In this document: one piece after another, positions 36,025-43,811 of the stretch
Layout: every line of letters starts with the position of its first letter
Numbering within the stretch: position 1 is the first letter of the stretch
DNA from: a virus
Lineage: Duplodnaviria > Caudoviricetes
Virus record (IMG/VR): IMGVR_UViG_3300032270_000312
Span: 1-43,811 of that record
DNA: 43,811 bases
Strand: one strand, 5' to 3'
Program-made: the position numbers and the translations under genes
The notes under the pieces: model-generated
Databases searched by the model: none
The model's input: the letters and a program-made list of their open reading frames with translations, nothing else
What the model was told of the DNA's origin: nothing

Positions 36025-39000
36025 ATGTACAATCCTTACGAGGAGTTTGAACGTAACGAGAAGCCTTTAAGCGACAAGATTCGCAACCAACTGCTTCAGG
36101 AAAAGGCTCAATCTGAACGGACGATCATTGATGTGCAAGCAGCCGAGCAACAGGCTGCTGCACCGGCAGCTGGAAAGCCTGGTACGCCAGGCCAACAGCA
36201 ACCATCACAATCAACAAACAAGAAACCCAATCCGGAGGATGAACCAAAGGATGCTGGTGACTACGCACGAGACGTAGCCGAAGGCGTCCTGGCTGTACCT
36301 ACTGGTACGGTTGACTGGGCGGTAGACCTGTACAACGTTCTTCCGTCTCCTGATCTGCCGAAGATCCCTAAGTTCAAAGGGGAACTTCAACAGGCTGCTC
36401 GGGAGATCTCATCTTTTATTGTCCCTACAATCCTTCTGACCAGAGGTCTTGGTGCAGCTGGTAAAGCTGCTCAAGCCAAGGTGGCATGGGAAGCTGGAAG
36501 GCAATCACTCGTGAAATTTATGGGTGAGGCTGGCATTGCAGCAGGGGCTGGTGCCTTTGTTGATGCCACAAACAAACTCAACGAATCAGACGACAACCTG
36601 CAGGGAAGTCTGAAGAAGATGTTCCCTAAAACCTTTAGCTGGATCTCAGATGACTGGGCAACTCTTGACACTGATGCGCCGGACGTAAAGCGTGCAAAGA
36701 ACATCAATGAAGGTGTTGGTCTTGGTATCTTCACTGACTTGTTGGTTGGTGCTGGGAAGCTGCTGCGTGCTGTAAAAGGTACAAAAGACGCTACACGTTG
36801 GATCCCTGAAAACGAACAAGCTGCCAAGGCTTTTGAAAAGATCAAGAACGGCACTACCACCGTAGAAGAAGAGGTGCTCACTGCTGCAGCCATGCGAGAG
36901 ACGGCTGTGGATGAGTTGGGTGAGTACAGGATCGGTAAGAATCCAGATCTAAATGAACCCCTCTTTGGCATCCACGATGTCTTTGATGTAGAAGAGTCTG
37001 GCATCCGTTCTGTCGATGACATGGGCGTGATTGGAGCCAGTGTTGACCAAGCTCGTATTGCCAACAACCTTGGAACTCAATACGGACGTCTTGGAAGCAT
37101 CATCACTGAAGCTGCACTGAAAAAAGGTCTAGGTGCAGAAAGCCTGACCCGAAGGGAAATCATCAAAGGAGTCGTTGATCAGATCAAGTCTTCTGGCAAA
37201 TACAGCTATCTTCTGGATAACAAGAACAAGATCACGTTTGAACAGATCGATAAAGCTGGAACTGATCTTGCCCAATACCTGCTGGATCCTCGTATGGATG
37301 CAGGGATGCTGAAGGGCACTCTGGACAACTTCATGAACGAAGTTGACGGAATGAAGAACCTGACTGATACCGGCTACAACGCTGCCATGAAGGCAATCAA
37401 GGGGTACATGGATGAGTACATCAACATGGATACCCTAAAGGCTCAAGCTTACCTGACAACCTCTCTTGCTGGTCAGGTGTCTGACATTGCAGAGGGTGCA
37501 CGATACATGGACGGTACTGCAGCGATTGAACGTGCTCAAGAACAGATCCTTGATCGTGTTGAGTACTTGATGGTGGAGAAGGGTATTGCCTCTTACATCC
37601 GTGGTGCTGGCCTGAACAACATCAAAGTCTGGCAGCGGATGCGCTATGCAGGGGATGCAAACAAGATGAAGGAAGTGGCCGAGAACGCTCGTGCCCAAAC
37701 GGATGATGCACTTGCACAGATCATTCCTCGTGCCAAGAACACTGCTGAGACTCTTCGCACAATCTCCAAGGAACGTCCTGAGTACCTAGTGCCGTTGCAG
37801 ATGGCATGGGAGTTCACGGATGGGAGTATTGACACTGTTTCCAAGCTGAACAAGTTTGTCGAAAATAGTCTTGCTGACATAGTTAAGGGTGTTGTTGACG
37901 GTAACCCAGAAATCCCTAACGTCCTTGTTCAAGGGATGTGGTCAAACATTTACAACTCAGTCCTTACTTCAATCTCTACACCGTTGAAGGCTGGGTTTGC
38001 AAACACTGCTTTGCTTATGGAAAAGCCCATCACTGTGCTGGGTGGGGCAATGCTTGGTGGGGACCTCAAGACGCTAAAGCGTGGCTGGTATCAATACTCA
38101 GCTTTTATCGACACCATGAACAAAGGTCTGCGTCACATGAGTGATGTGTACCGCAAAGCTGCATCTGATCCGACTTCTGTTGGATACATCATGCGTGATG
38201 ACATTGTTCAAAAGAACGAAGGGACAATGGATGTTCTTCATTCGTTTGCCCGAGCTTCTGAGCAACGTGGGGAGATGGGTCCGCTGGCTCTGTACTACAA
38301 AGCAGAGGCTCTGAACGATCTGGCAAACAATCCGTGGCTGCGCTTTGGTGCTAACGCCATGACTGCTCTGGATGGCTTTGCCAGAGCTGTGATTGCTAAT
38401 GCAGAGGTACGTGGTCGGATCTACGACAAGTTCATTGATGGTGGTCGGAAGCTGGACGGTGACGGAATCCGTAAAGCACTGGATGAGCAATACAGCGAGA
38501 TGTTTGACTCAACTGGAATGATCACGGATAAAGCTGTTGATTATTCAAGCCGTGAGATTGCTATGAACCTTGATGGACCTGCAGTCACTGCACTGTCTAG
38601 CTTCATCACTAGGTTCCCTGCCATCAAGCCGTTCCTGATGTTCCCCAGGACATCAGCAAACATCATCGCTATGGCAAACAAGCACAGCCCTATCTCTATC
38701 TTTGCCAACGACTACAACAAGCTGGCAATGCCTGGCAAGAACTTTACTGTTGATGAAGTTGTGGAGATCTTGACAAGCAAGGGTCTGCCAATTGACGAGA
38801 ACATTGAACAAACCTTCAACACATTGCGTGCTGAAATCCGTGGTCGTAAAGCCGTAGGCACTATCACCATGATGGCTGCTACTGGGATGTTCCTTAACGG
38901 AAATCTGCGTGGCAATGGTCACCACGACAAGGAACGCCAAAAGGTAAGACAGGAACTTGGCTGGAAGCCCCGTACCTACAAAGGCTGGGACGGCAAGTGG

Positions 39001-39885
39001 TACAGCTACGAAGCAATGGGTCCGATTGCAGACTTCCTTGCTCTGACGGCTGACGTGATGGATAACTTCGATACCGTCACTGAAGATGATCTGGCTACAA
39101 CAATCAACAAGCTTGGATTCCTGCTGAGTGCAAACCTTACCAACAAGTCCATGCTTGCAGGTATTGAGCCGATGAACGATGTGTTGTCGGGCAACCCTGC
39201 AGCTATCAACCGTTGGACTGCTTCCTTTGCTAGCTCCCTTGCTCCGTTGTCGGGTGCACGTAACGAGCTTGGCCGACTGCTGGCTCCTCAGCTGCGTGAA
39301 GTGGACATGGAGTTTACTCAGCTCCTGCGTAACCGAAATAAATTCACTGATGTCATTGATCCCAACTCGGCTCTTCCTGATGCCCACGACTGGATTGATG
39401 GCAAGAAGATTGGCTACCCCGAGAACTTCTTTGTTCGTGCGTTTAACGCCGTAAGCCCAATGAAGGTGTCTGACGACCTCTCCCCTGAGCGTCAGTTCCT
39501 GGTGGACATCGAGTACGACTCGCGTCCAAGCTTCATGAAAAACCAAAAGGGTATCCGCTACACCCCTCAAGAACGGTCTGAGCTTTACAGCTTGATCGGC
39601 GAGCAAGGGTACTTCAAGAAAGAACTGCAACGCATCATGCAAGGTACTGATGCCAAGGCTTGGAAAGACTCCCTTCAAACTGCTCGGGGCAACGGTTCCC
39701 AAACCGATCCTGCTCTGTGGCAGAACCTGTACAAACAAATCAACGTTGCATTGGATCGCTCAAAGCGTCTTGCTGAGGTTCAACTGAGTAATAAAAACGA
39801 TGTGGAACGTCGTCAATACCAACAGCTGTACAGCGCAGAGATGCAAAAGCGTGGCGTTGCTCTTCCGATTCTTGAAAACAAATAA
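36025..39885 (+). CDS. Internal virion protein (gp16-like)
   Basis: 1286-aa helical protein preceding the tail fibre; PFLMFPRT. Confidence 0.8.
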   Translation: MYNPYEEFERNEKPLSDKIRNQLLQEKAQSERTIIDVQAAEQQAAAPAAGKPGTPGQQQPSQSTNKKPNPEDEPKDAGDYARDVAEGVLAVPTGTVDWAVDLYNVLPSPDLPKIPKFKGELQQAAREISSFIVPTILLTRGLGAAGKAAQAKVAWEAGRQSLVKFMGEAGIAAGAGAFVDATNKLNESDDNLQGSLKKMFPKTFSWISDDWATLDTDAPDVKRAKNINEGVGLGIFTDLLVGAGKLLRAVKGTKDATRWIPENEQAAKAFEKIKNGTTTVEEEVLTAAAMRETAVDELGEYRIGKNPDLNEPLFGIHDVFDVEESGIRSVDDMGVIGASVDQARIANNLGTQYGRLGSIITEAALKKGLGAESLTRREIIKGVVDQIKSSGKYSYLLDNKNKITFEQIDKAGTDLAQYLLDPRMDAGMLKGTLDNFMNEVDGMKNLTDTGYNAAMKAIKGYMDEYINMDTLKAQAYLTTSLAGQVSDIAEGARYMDGTAAIERAQEQILDRVEYLMVEKGIASYIRGAGLNNIKVWQRMRYAGDANKMKEVAENARAQTDDALAQIIPRAKNTAETLRTISKERPEYLVPLQMAWEFTDGSIDTVSKLNKFVENSLADIVKGVVDGNPEIPNVLVQGMWSNIYNSVLTSISTPLKAGFANTALLMEKPITVLGGAMLGGDLKTLKRGWYQYSAFIDTMNKGLRHMSDVYRKAASDPTSVGYIMRDDIVQKNEGTMDVLHSFARASEQRGEMGPLALYYKAEALNDLANNPWLRFGANAMTALDGFARAVIANAEVRGRIYDKFIDGGRKLDGDGIRKALDEQYSEMFDSTGMITDKAVDYSSREIAMNLDGPAVTALSSFITRFPAIKPFLMFPRTSANIIAMANKHSPISIFANDYNKLAMPGKNFTVDEVVEILTSKGLPIDENIEQTFNTLRAEIRGRKAVGTITMMAATGMFLNGNLRGNGHHDKERQKVRQELGWKPRTYKGWDGKWYSYEAMGPIADFLALTADVMDNFDTVTEDDLATTINKLGFLLSANLTNKSMLAGIEPMNDVLSGNPAAINRWTASFASSLAPLSGARNELGRLLAPQLREVDMEFTQLLRNRNKFTDVIDPNSALPDAHDWIDGKKIGYPENFFVRAFNAVSPMKVSDDLSPERQFLVDIEYDSRPSFMKNQKGIRYTPQERSELYSLIGEQGYFKKELQRIMQGTDAKAWKDSLQTARGNGSQTDPALWQNLYKQINVALDRSKRLAEVQLSNKNDVERRQYQQLYSAEMQKRGVALPILENK

Positions 39886-39914
39886 TCCACCCATTCCCAT
39901 TGCACCTAGCGTAA

Positions 39915-41951
39915 ATGGCTACTACTGAAAATACCTATACGGGGAATGGCTCAACCACCAACTATTCCTTTTCTTTTCCATATCTTGATGAAGACGACAT
40001 CAAAGTATCTTTGAATGGCGTCGCTACAACTGCATATACTCTTGCCAACGCTACAACTGTTTCCTTCAATGCCGCTCCTGCCAATGGGGCGGCTATCCGC
40101 ATTTACAGGGAAACAAACGACACTGACCTGTATTCAACCTTTTATCCTGGATCTGCAGTAAGGGCACAGGATCTAAACAATAACTTCCTGCAAGCTCTGT
40201 ATGTAGGACAAGAGTCAACCAATGAGTCGAACTCTGCAACAGTTGATGCGACTCTTGCTCTCAGTACTGCAAACACTGCTCTTAGCAACTCTACCGCTGC
40301 AGTCTCTACGGCCAACACAGCGTCAACCAACGCTTCTGCCGCTGTAAGCACCGCGAACACTGCATCAACTAACGCATCGGCTGCTGTGAGCACCGCTAAT
40401 ACGGCTAGCTCTAATGCAAGTGCAGCTGTATCCACAGCCAACACCGCAAGCACCAATGCGTCTACGGCACTCTCTACCGCTAACACCGCTCTTAGCACTG
40501 CCAACACTGCAGCTACCAACGCCAGTGCTGCTGTCACTACTGCCAACACAGCATCGACCAACGCAAGCAACGCTGTAAGCACTGCCAACACGGCTTCGAC
40601 CAATGCCAGCAGTGCAGTCTCTACGGCTAACACTGCCTCCACCAATGCCAGCAACGCTGTCACTACAGCAAATTCTGCTGACACTAAGGCCAACCAAGCT
40701 ATTGCAGCTGTTGCTAACGCCATCCTTTACACGGTGGTCGCTAACGTCGCAGCTATTCCTGGATCTCCGTCTAATAACACGGCTATTGAAGTCACGGATT
40801 CCACGGGAATCCAAAGCTTCACTCCGTTGGCTGGTAAGCCTGCTGGCTTTACTGGTAGCTCTGGTCTTTCAGTTCGTATTGTTTACACCACAACTGGTAG
40901 TACTTGGAACTGGATCCAGTACTTTCCCAATGATCCAGAGACTCGTTACCTCAAGCTGAGTGGTGGCACCCTTACTGGTGCTCTCACCTTGTCGGGTGCT
41001 CCGTCTTCCAACCTTCATGCGGCTACCAAGGCGTATGTCGATAGTGCTGATGCAACCCTGACCTCCGCTGCAGCTGCTGCACAAAGCACTGCTAATGCTG
41101 CCCTTCCTAAGTCTGGTGGCACGATGACAGGGGCGATCACGCTGGCAGCAGACCCAACGGCCAACCTAGAGGCTGCTACCAAGCAATACGTTGACTCTGG
41201 TCTTTCCAACAAGAACTCGATTGGACAAGGTAACTCTTCCGTTACCGTTACTGATACAGGTACTGGCAACGTTAACATTTCTGTTGATGGTGGAACGATT
41301 GGCTCGTTCTCAGCTGGTGGAATCAATTTCTACCAAGGACTTTTTCAGCAAGCTGGCCTTAACCTAACCAACCAAAACCAACTCAATTTCTGGGAAGCAA
41401 CCGCTAACGGTCTCAACAGCGTTGGCTTTAAAGGCCCTGCAAACATCGCTTCTGATGTGACCTGGACTTTGCCCGCTGCTGACGGTACTAACGGTCAAGC
41501 CCTTACTACCAATGGTTCTGGCACCCTTAGCTGGTCTGCACCGGTAGATGCTACGAAGCTTCCCCTTTCTGGTGGCACCCTCACCGGCAACGTCACTCTG
41601 GATAACCAGTCTGACCTGCGCTTTGGTGAAGCCACGGGTCATGGCGGTAATTGGGTCGCCTTCCAGGCTCCAACCACCATCGCTTCCAACGTCACCTGGA
41701 CGCTTCCTAGTACTGATGCAACCGTTGCTGGCCATGCTCTTAAGAGTAATGCGGCTGGTGAACTGAGCTGGGGTACTGCAGGTGGTGCGTCTGGTGCTGG
41801 CGGTGACGATGTGTTCTATGAAAATGGTCAAACAGTCACCACGTCTTATACCCTGACCGCTGGTAAAAATGCCATGAGTGCTGGTCCTATCACTATTAAT
41901 AGTGGTGTCACTGTCACTGTGGGTTCTGGTCAATCTTGGAGTATTGTTTAA
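39915..41951 (+). CDS. Tail fibre (gp17-like)
   Basis: T7 gp17 N-terminal adaptor (YTGNGSTTNYSFSFPYL...IRIYRET...AQDLNNN), coiled-coil repeats, GGT(L/M)TG fibre motifs. Confidence 0.92.
   Translation: MATTENTYTGNGSTTNYSFSFPYLDEDDIKVSLNGVATTAYTLANATTVSFNAAPANGAAIRIYRETNDTDLYSTFYPGSAVRAQDLNNNFLQALYVGQESTNESNSATVDATLALSTANTALSNSTAAVSTANTASTNASAAVSTANTASTNASAAVSTANTASSNASAAVSTANTASTNASTALSTANTALSTANTAATNASAAVTTANTASTNASNAVSTANTASTNASSAVSTANTASTNASNAVTTANSADTKANQAIAAVANAILYTVVANVAAIPGSPSNNTAIEVTDSTGIQSFTPLAGKPAGFTGSSGLSVRIVYTTTGSTWNWIQYFPNDPETRYLKLSGGTLTGALTLSGAPSSNLHAATKAYVDSADATLTSAAAAAQSTANAALPKSGGTMTGAITLAADPTANLEAATKQYVDSGLSNKNSIGQGNSSVTVTDTGTGNVNISVDGGTIGSFSAGGINFYQGLFQQAGLNLTNQNQLNFWEATANGLNSVGFKGPANIASDVTWTLPAADGTNGQALTTNGSGTLSWSAPVDATKLPLSGGTLTGNVTLDNQSDLRFGEATGHGGNWVAFQAPTTIASNVTWTLPSTDATVAGHALKSNAAGELSWGTAGGASGAGGDDVFYENGQTVTTSYTLTAGKNAMSAGPITINSGVTVTVGSGQSWSIV
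40266..40706 (+). repeat. Tandem 14-aa (42-nt) repeat TANTASTNASAAVS, about 10.5 copies
   Basis: Directly visible in protein; codons synonymously diverged. Confidence 0.9.
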
Positions 41952-41953
41952 TT

Positions 41954-42379
41954 ATGCCTATTACTATTAACGGATCCGGAACCGTAACCGGAATTACAGC
42001 AGGCGGCCTGCCCGATGGCGTGATCACCACGGATGACATTGCTGCCAACGCCGTCACCTACGCCAAAATCGGCACCACTGAGCAAGGGCAACTGTGCAAA
42101 GCGTGGGTTAACTTCAACGGCACCTCAACGGTGGCGATCCGCGCCAGCTACAACGTGAGCAGCATTACGGATAATGGGACGGGGGACTATACGGTGAACT
42201 TCACGACAGTTATGGCAGACGCAAATTTTTCTGCTGCCTATATTAACGGATCCTACAGTGGTGGAAATGTTATGTCTATAGAGGCTTACACAACTGGTTC
42301 GGTTAGGATATTCAGTTATACATACGCTGGTGGATCAGCTGTAGATAAAACATTTAACAACGTCGCCATCTTCCGCTAA
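41954..42379 (+). CDS. Short fibre tip-like protein
   Basis: KAWVNFNG...SYNVSSITDNGTGDYTVNF motif of fibre C-terminal domains. Confidence 0.7.
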   Translation: MPITINGSGTVTGITAGGLPDGVITTDDIAANAVTYAKIGTTEQGQLCKAWVNFNGTSTVAIRASYNVSSITDNGTGDYTVNFTTVMADANFSAAYINGSYSGGNVMSIEAYTTGSVRIFSYTYAGGSAVDKTFNNVAIFR

Positions 42380-42385
42380 CGCACC

Positions 42386-42799
42386 ATGAAACGAATCATC
42401 TACCAAAACGAGACCGGCGGAGTCTCCATCATCATCCCAACCGAGTCCGTCGAACTGGCTCTCAAGGATGTACCCGAAGGCGTGCCCTACGAGATCGTGG
42501 ACGAAGCCGACATCCCCAGCGACCGCACCTTCCGCAATGCCTGGGTCATGGGCGACTGCTGCGTGGAGCACGACCTTGATAAGTGCAAAGAGATCGGCCA
42601 CGACCATCGCCGCCAGCAACGCGCTGAGGAGTTCGCCCCCTACGACGAGGTGATCGCCAAGCAGATTCCTGGTGTTGACGCTGCTGAAGCTGAAGCTAAG
42701 CGGCAAGAGATCCGCGATAAGTACGCCTTGATCCAAGACGTGATTGAAGGCGCGTCTACCCCTGACGAAATCAAGACCGCCTTGGAGGCAAACCAATGA
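42386..42799 (+). CDS. Probable fibre assembly partner
   Basis: KDVP.G.PY.IV..DIP.DR.FRNAW plus RQQRAEEFAPYD...RQEIRD. Confidence 0.6.
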   Translation: MKRIIYQNETGGVSIIIPTESVELALKDVPEGVPYEIVDEADIPSDRTFRNAWVMGDCCVEHDLDKCKEIGHDHRRQQRAEEFAPYDEVIAKQIPGVDAAEAEAKRQEIRDKYALIQDVIEGASTPDEIKTALEANQ

Positions 42800-43395
42800 C
42801 GCTTAGGCTCGCAGGCTCGACATCTGGCTACACAGAAATTGACTGCCCCTCTGTGGGCGGGAACAACACACTGGTGCTTCCGACTGGTAATGGGTCCAGT
42901 GGGCAGTTCCTGCAAACCAACGGTAGCGGCACGCTGAGCTGGGCAGGTGGCGGGAAGATTCTGCAGGTGGTGCAGACGACAAAAACATCGGCCACGGCGT
43001 TTGCAAGCACGTCAACTTATCAGGATGTCTCTGGAATGTCGGTGACCATCACCCCCACCAGTTCCAGCAACAGGGTTTTAGTCACCTTTCAATGGAGTTC
43101 GCAGATGAACTCTTGGTACGGTGGCTATGGTGAGTTCAGGATTTTGCGTGGATCAACTGCTATAGGAGCTGAACCCTTTGCTGTTCAATACGCATTCAAC
43201 GCTGGATCGGGAGATAACTATGCCGACTTTGACACCTTCTCGATAACATTTTTAGATTCCCCGTCTACAACATCTGCAACAACTTACAAATTGCAAGCCA
43301 AAAACAGCAGCAGCCGGACCATTTGGTTCAACTCAGGCTACGACAGCGTTACACGAAATTGTTCTACCGTAACCGCAATGGAGGTGGCACAATGA
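42796..43395 (+). CDS. Short fibre tip-like protein
   Basis: GQFLQTNGSGTLSW linker, GKILQVVQ, ITPTSSSNRVLV, DSPSTTSATTYK, MEV. Confidence 0.7.
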   Translation: MTLRLAGSTSGYTEIDCPSVGGNNTLVLPTGNGSSGQFLQTNGSGTLSWAGGGKILQVVQTTKTSATAFASTSTYQDVSGMSVTITPTSSSNRVLVTFQWSSQMNSWYGGYGEFRILRGSTAIGAEPFAVQYAFNAGSGDNYADFDTFSITFLDSPSTTSATTYKLQAKNSSSRTIWFNSGYDSVTRNCSTVTAMEVAQ

Positions 43396-43718
43396 TCAGC
43401 ATTGCTGTTGCTCTTTGTGAGTTGGCGCCAGGCGCTAGTTGGTCCGTTGATGATGAGGACTATGCGACTTTAGTTTGGTGGTCCCCGGAGATTCCAAAGC
43501 CATCTTACGAAGCCGTTCAGGCAAAACTTGCCGAATTTGAGGCAGCGCAACCTCTCAAAGCAGCTCAAGCAGCCCGCGCCGCCGCTTACACCACCGAAGC
43601 CGACCCCTTGTTCTTCAAGGCGCAGCGCGGTGAAGCCACCATCGAGGAGTGGCAGGCCAAGGTTGCTGAGATCCGCAGCCGCTACCCGTACCCCGCCGCC
43701 CTGGAGGTGACCCCATGA
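43392..43718 (+). CDS. Probable fibre assembly partner
   Basis: LAPGASW...KPS...RAAAYTTEADPLFF...WQAKVAEIRSRYPYP. Confidence 0.6.
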   Translation: MISIAVALCELAPGASWSVDDEDYATLVWWSPEIPKPSYEAVQAKLAEFEAAQPLKAAQAARAAAYTTEADPLFFKAQRGEATIEEWQAKVAEIRSRYPYPAALEVTP

Positions 43719-43811
43719 GCACGCTATCTACAACCAACCTCAAGAACCCCAGCGCCAGCGGCAACAACATCGTCCTTGCATCAGACGGTAGCGCCACGAT
43801 TGCCACGCTCA
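43689..43811. repeat. Terminal overlap, identical to 1-123
   Basis: Exact match. Confidence 0.95.

Noticed and set aside
38653-39738. 361-aa minus-strand ORF
   Set aside because: Antisense shadow of the gp16-like gene; no recognisable motifs
40266-40706. CRISPR-like or DGR-like repeat array
   Set aside because: Repeats are in-frame coding units without spacers; no cas or reverse transcriptase gene is present
40142-40723. Hydrophobic repetitive minus-strand ORF (AVLAV repeats)
   Set aside because: Mirror of the tail-fibre TANTAST repeat
43689-43811. 123-bp terminal repeat as the biological direct terminal repeat
   Set aside because: It falls inside tail-accessory coding sequence rather than between late and early genes; best explained as assembler circular overlap

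Overview
The window is an apparently complete, circularly permuted genome (about 43.7 kb; the last 123 bp duplicate the first 123 bp) of a T7-like cyanobacterial podovirus (Autographiviridae), most likely infecting a picocyanobacterium (host is inference). Almost every gene is on the + strand. The natural gene order probably starts in the non-coding region near 7.3-7.7 kb. It runs through small early genes, a MarR-like regulator, a tyrosine integrase followed by a tRNA-Leu-derived attP, and a single-subunit RNA polymerase. Next come SSB, endonuclease I, primase-helicase, a split family A DNA polymerase, an EndoVII-type endonuclease, exonuclease, an NblA-like gene, DUF3310, a MazG-like gene and two ribonucleotide reductase subunits. 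The structural block has portal, scaffold, hli, rlpA, psbA, capsid, tail tubes, internal virion proteins, tail fibre and an array of fibre-tip/partner gene pairs. Lysis genes, terminase subunits, thyX and a lone antisense ribbon-helix-helix gene follow. The most notable unexplained signals are: (1) an exact 20-bp repeat inside the RNAP gene and after terL, a candidate cognate phage promoter; (2) an attP made of the 5' half of a tRNA, flanked by a candidate replacement promoter and an insulating terminator; (3) a dispersed ATCCAC-N5-TA motif; (4) two related 14-bp palindromes; (5) several structured leaders; (6) an apparently circularly permuted Zn-peptidase motif on the gp15-like protein. All calls come from reading the sequence and recognising motifs; no database searches were run.
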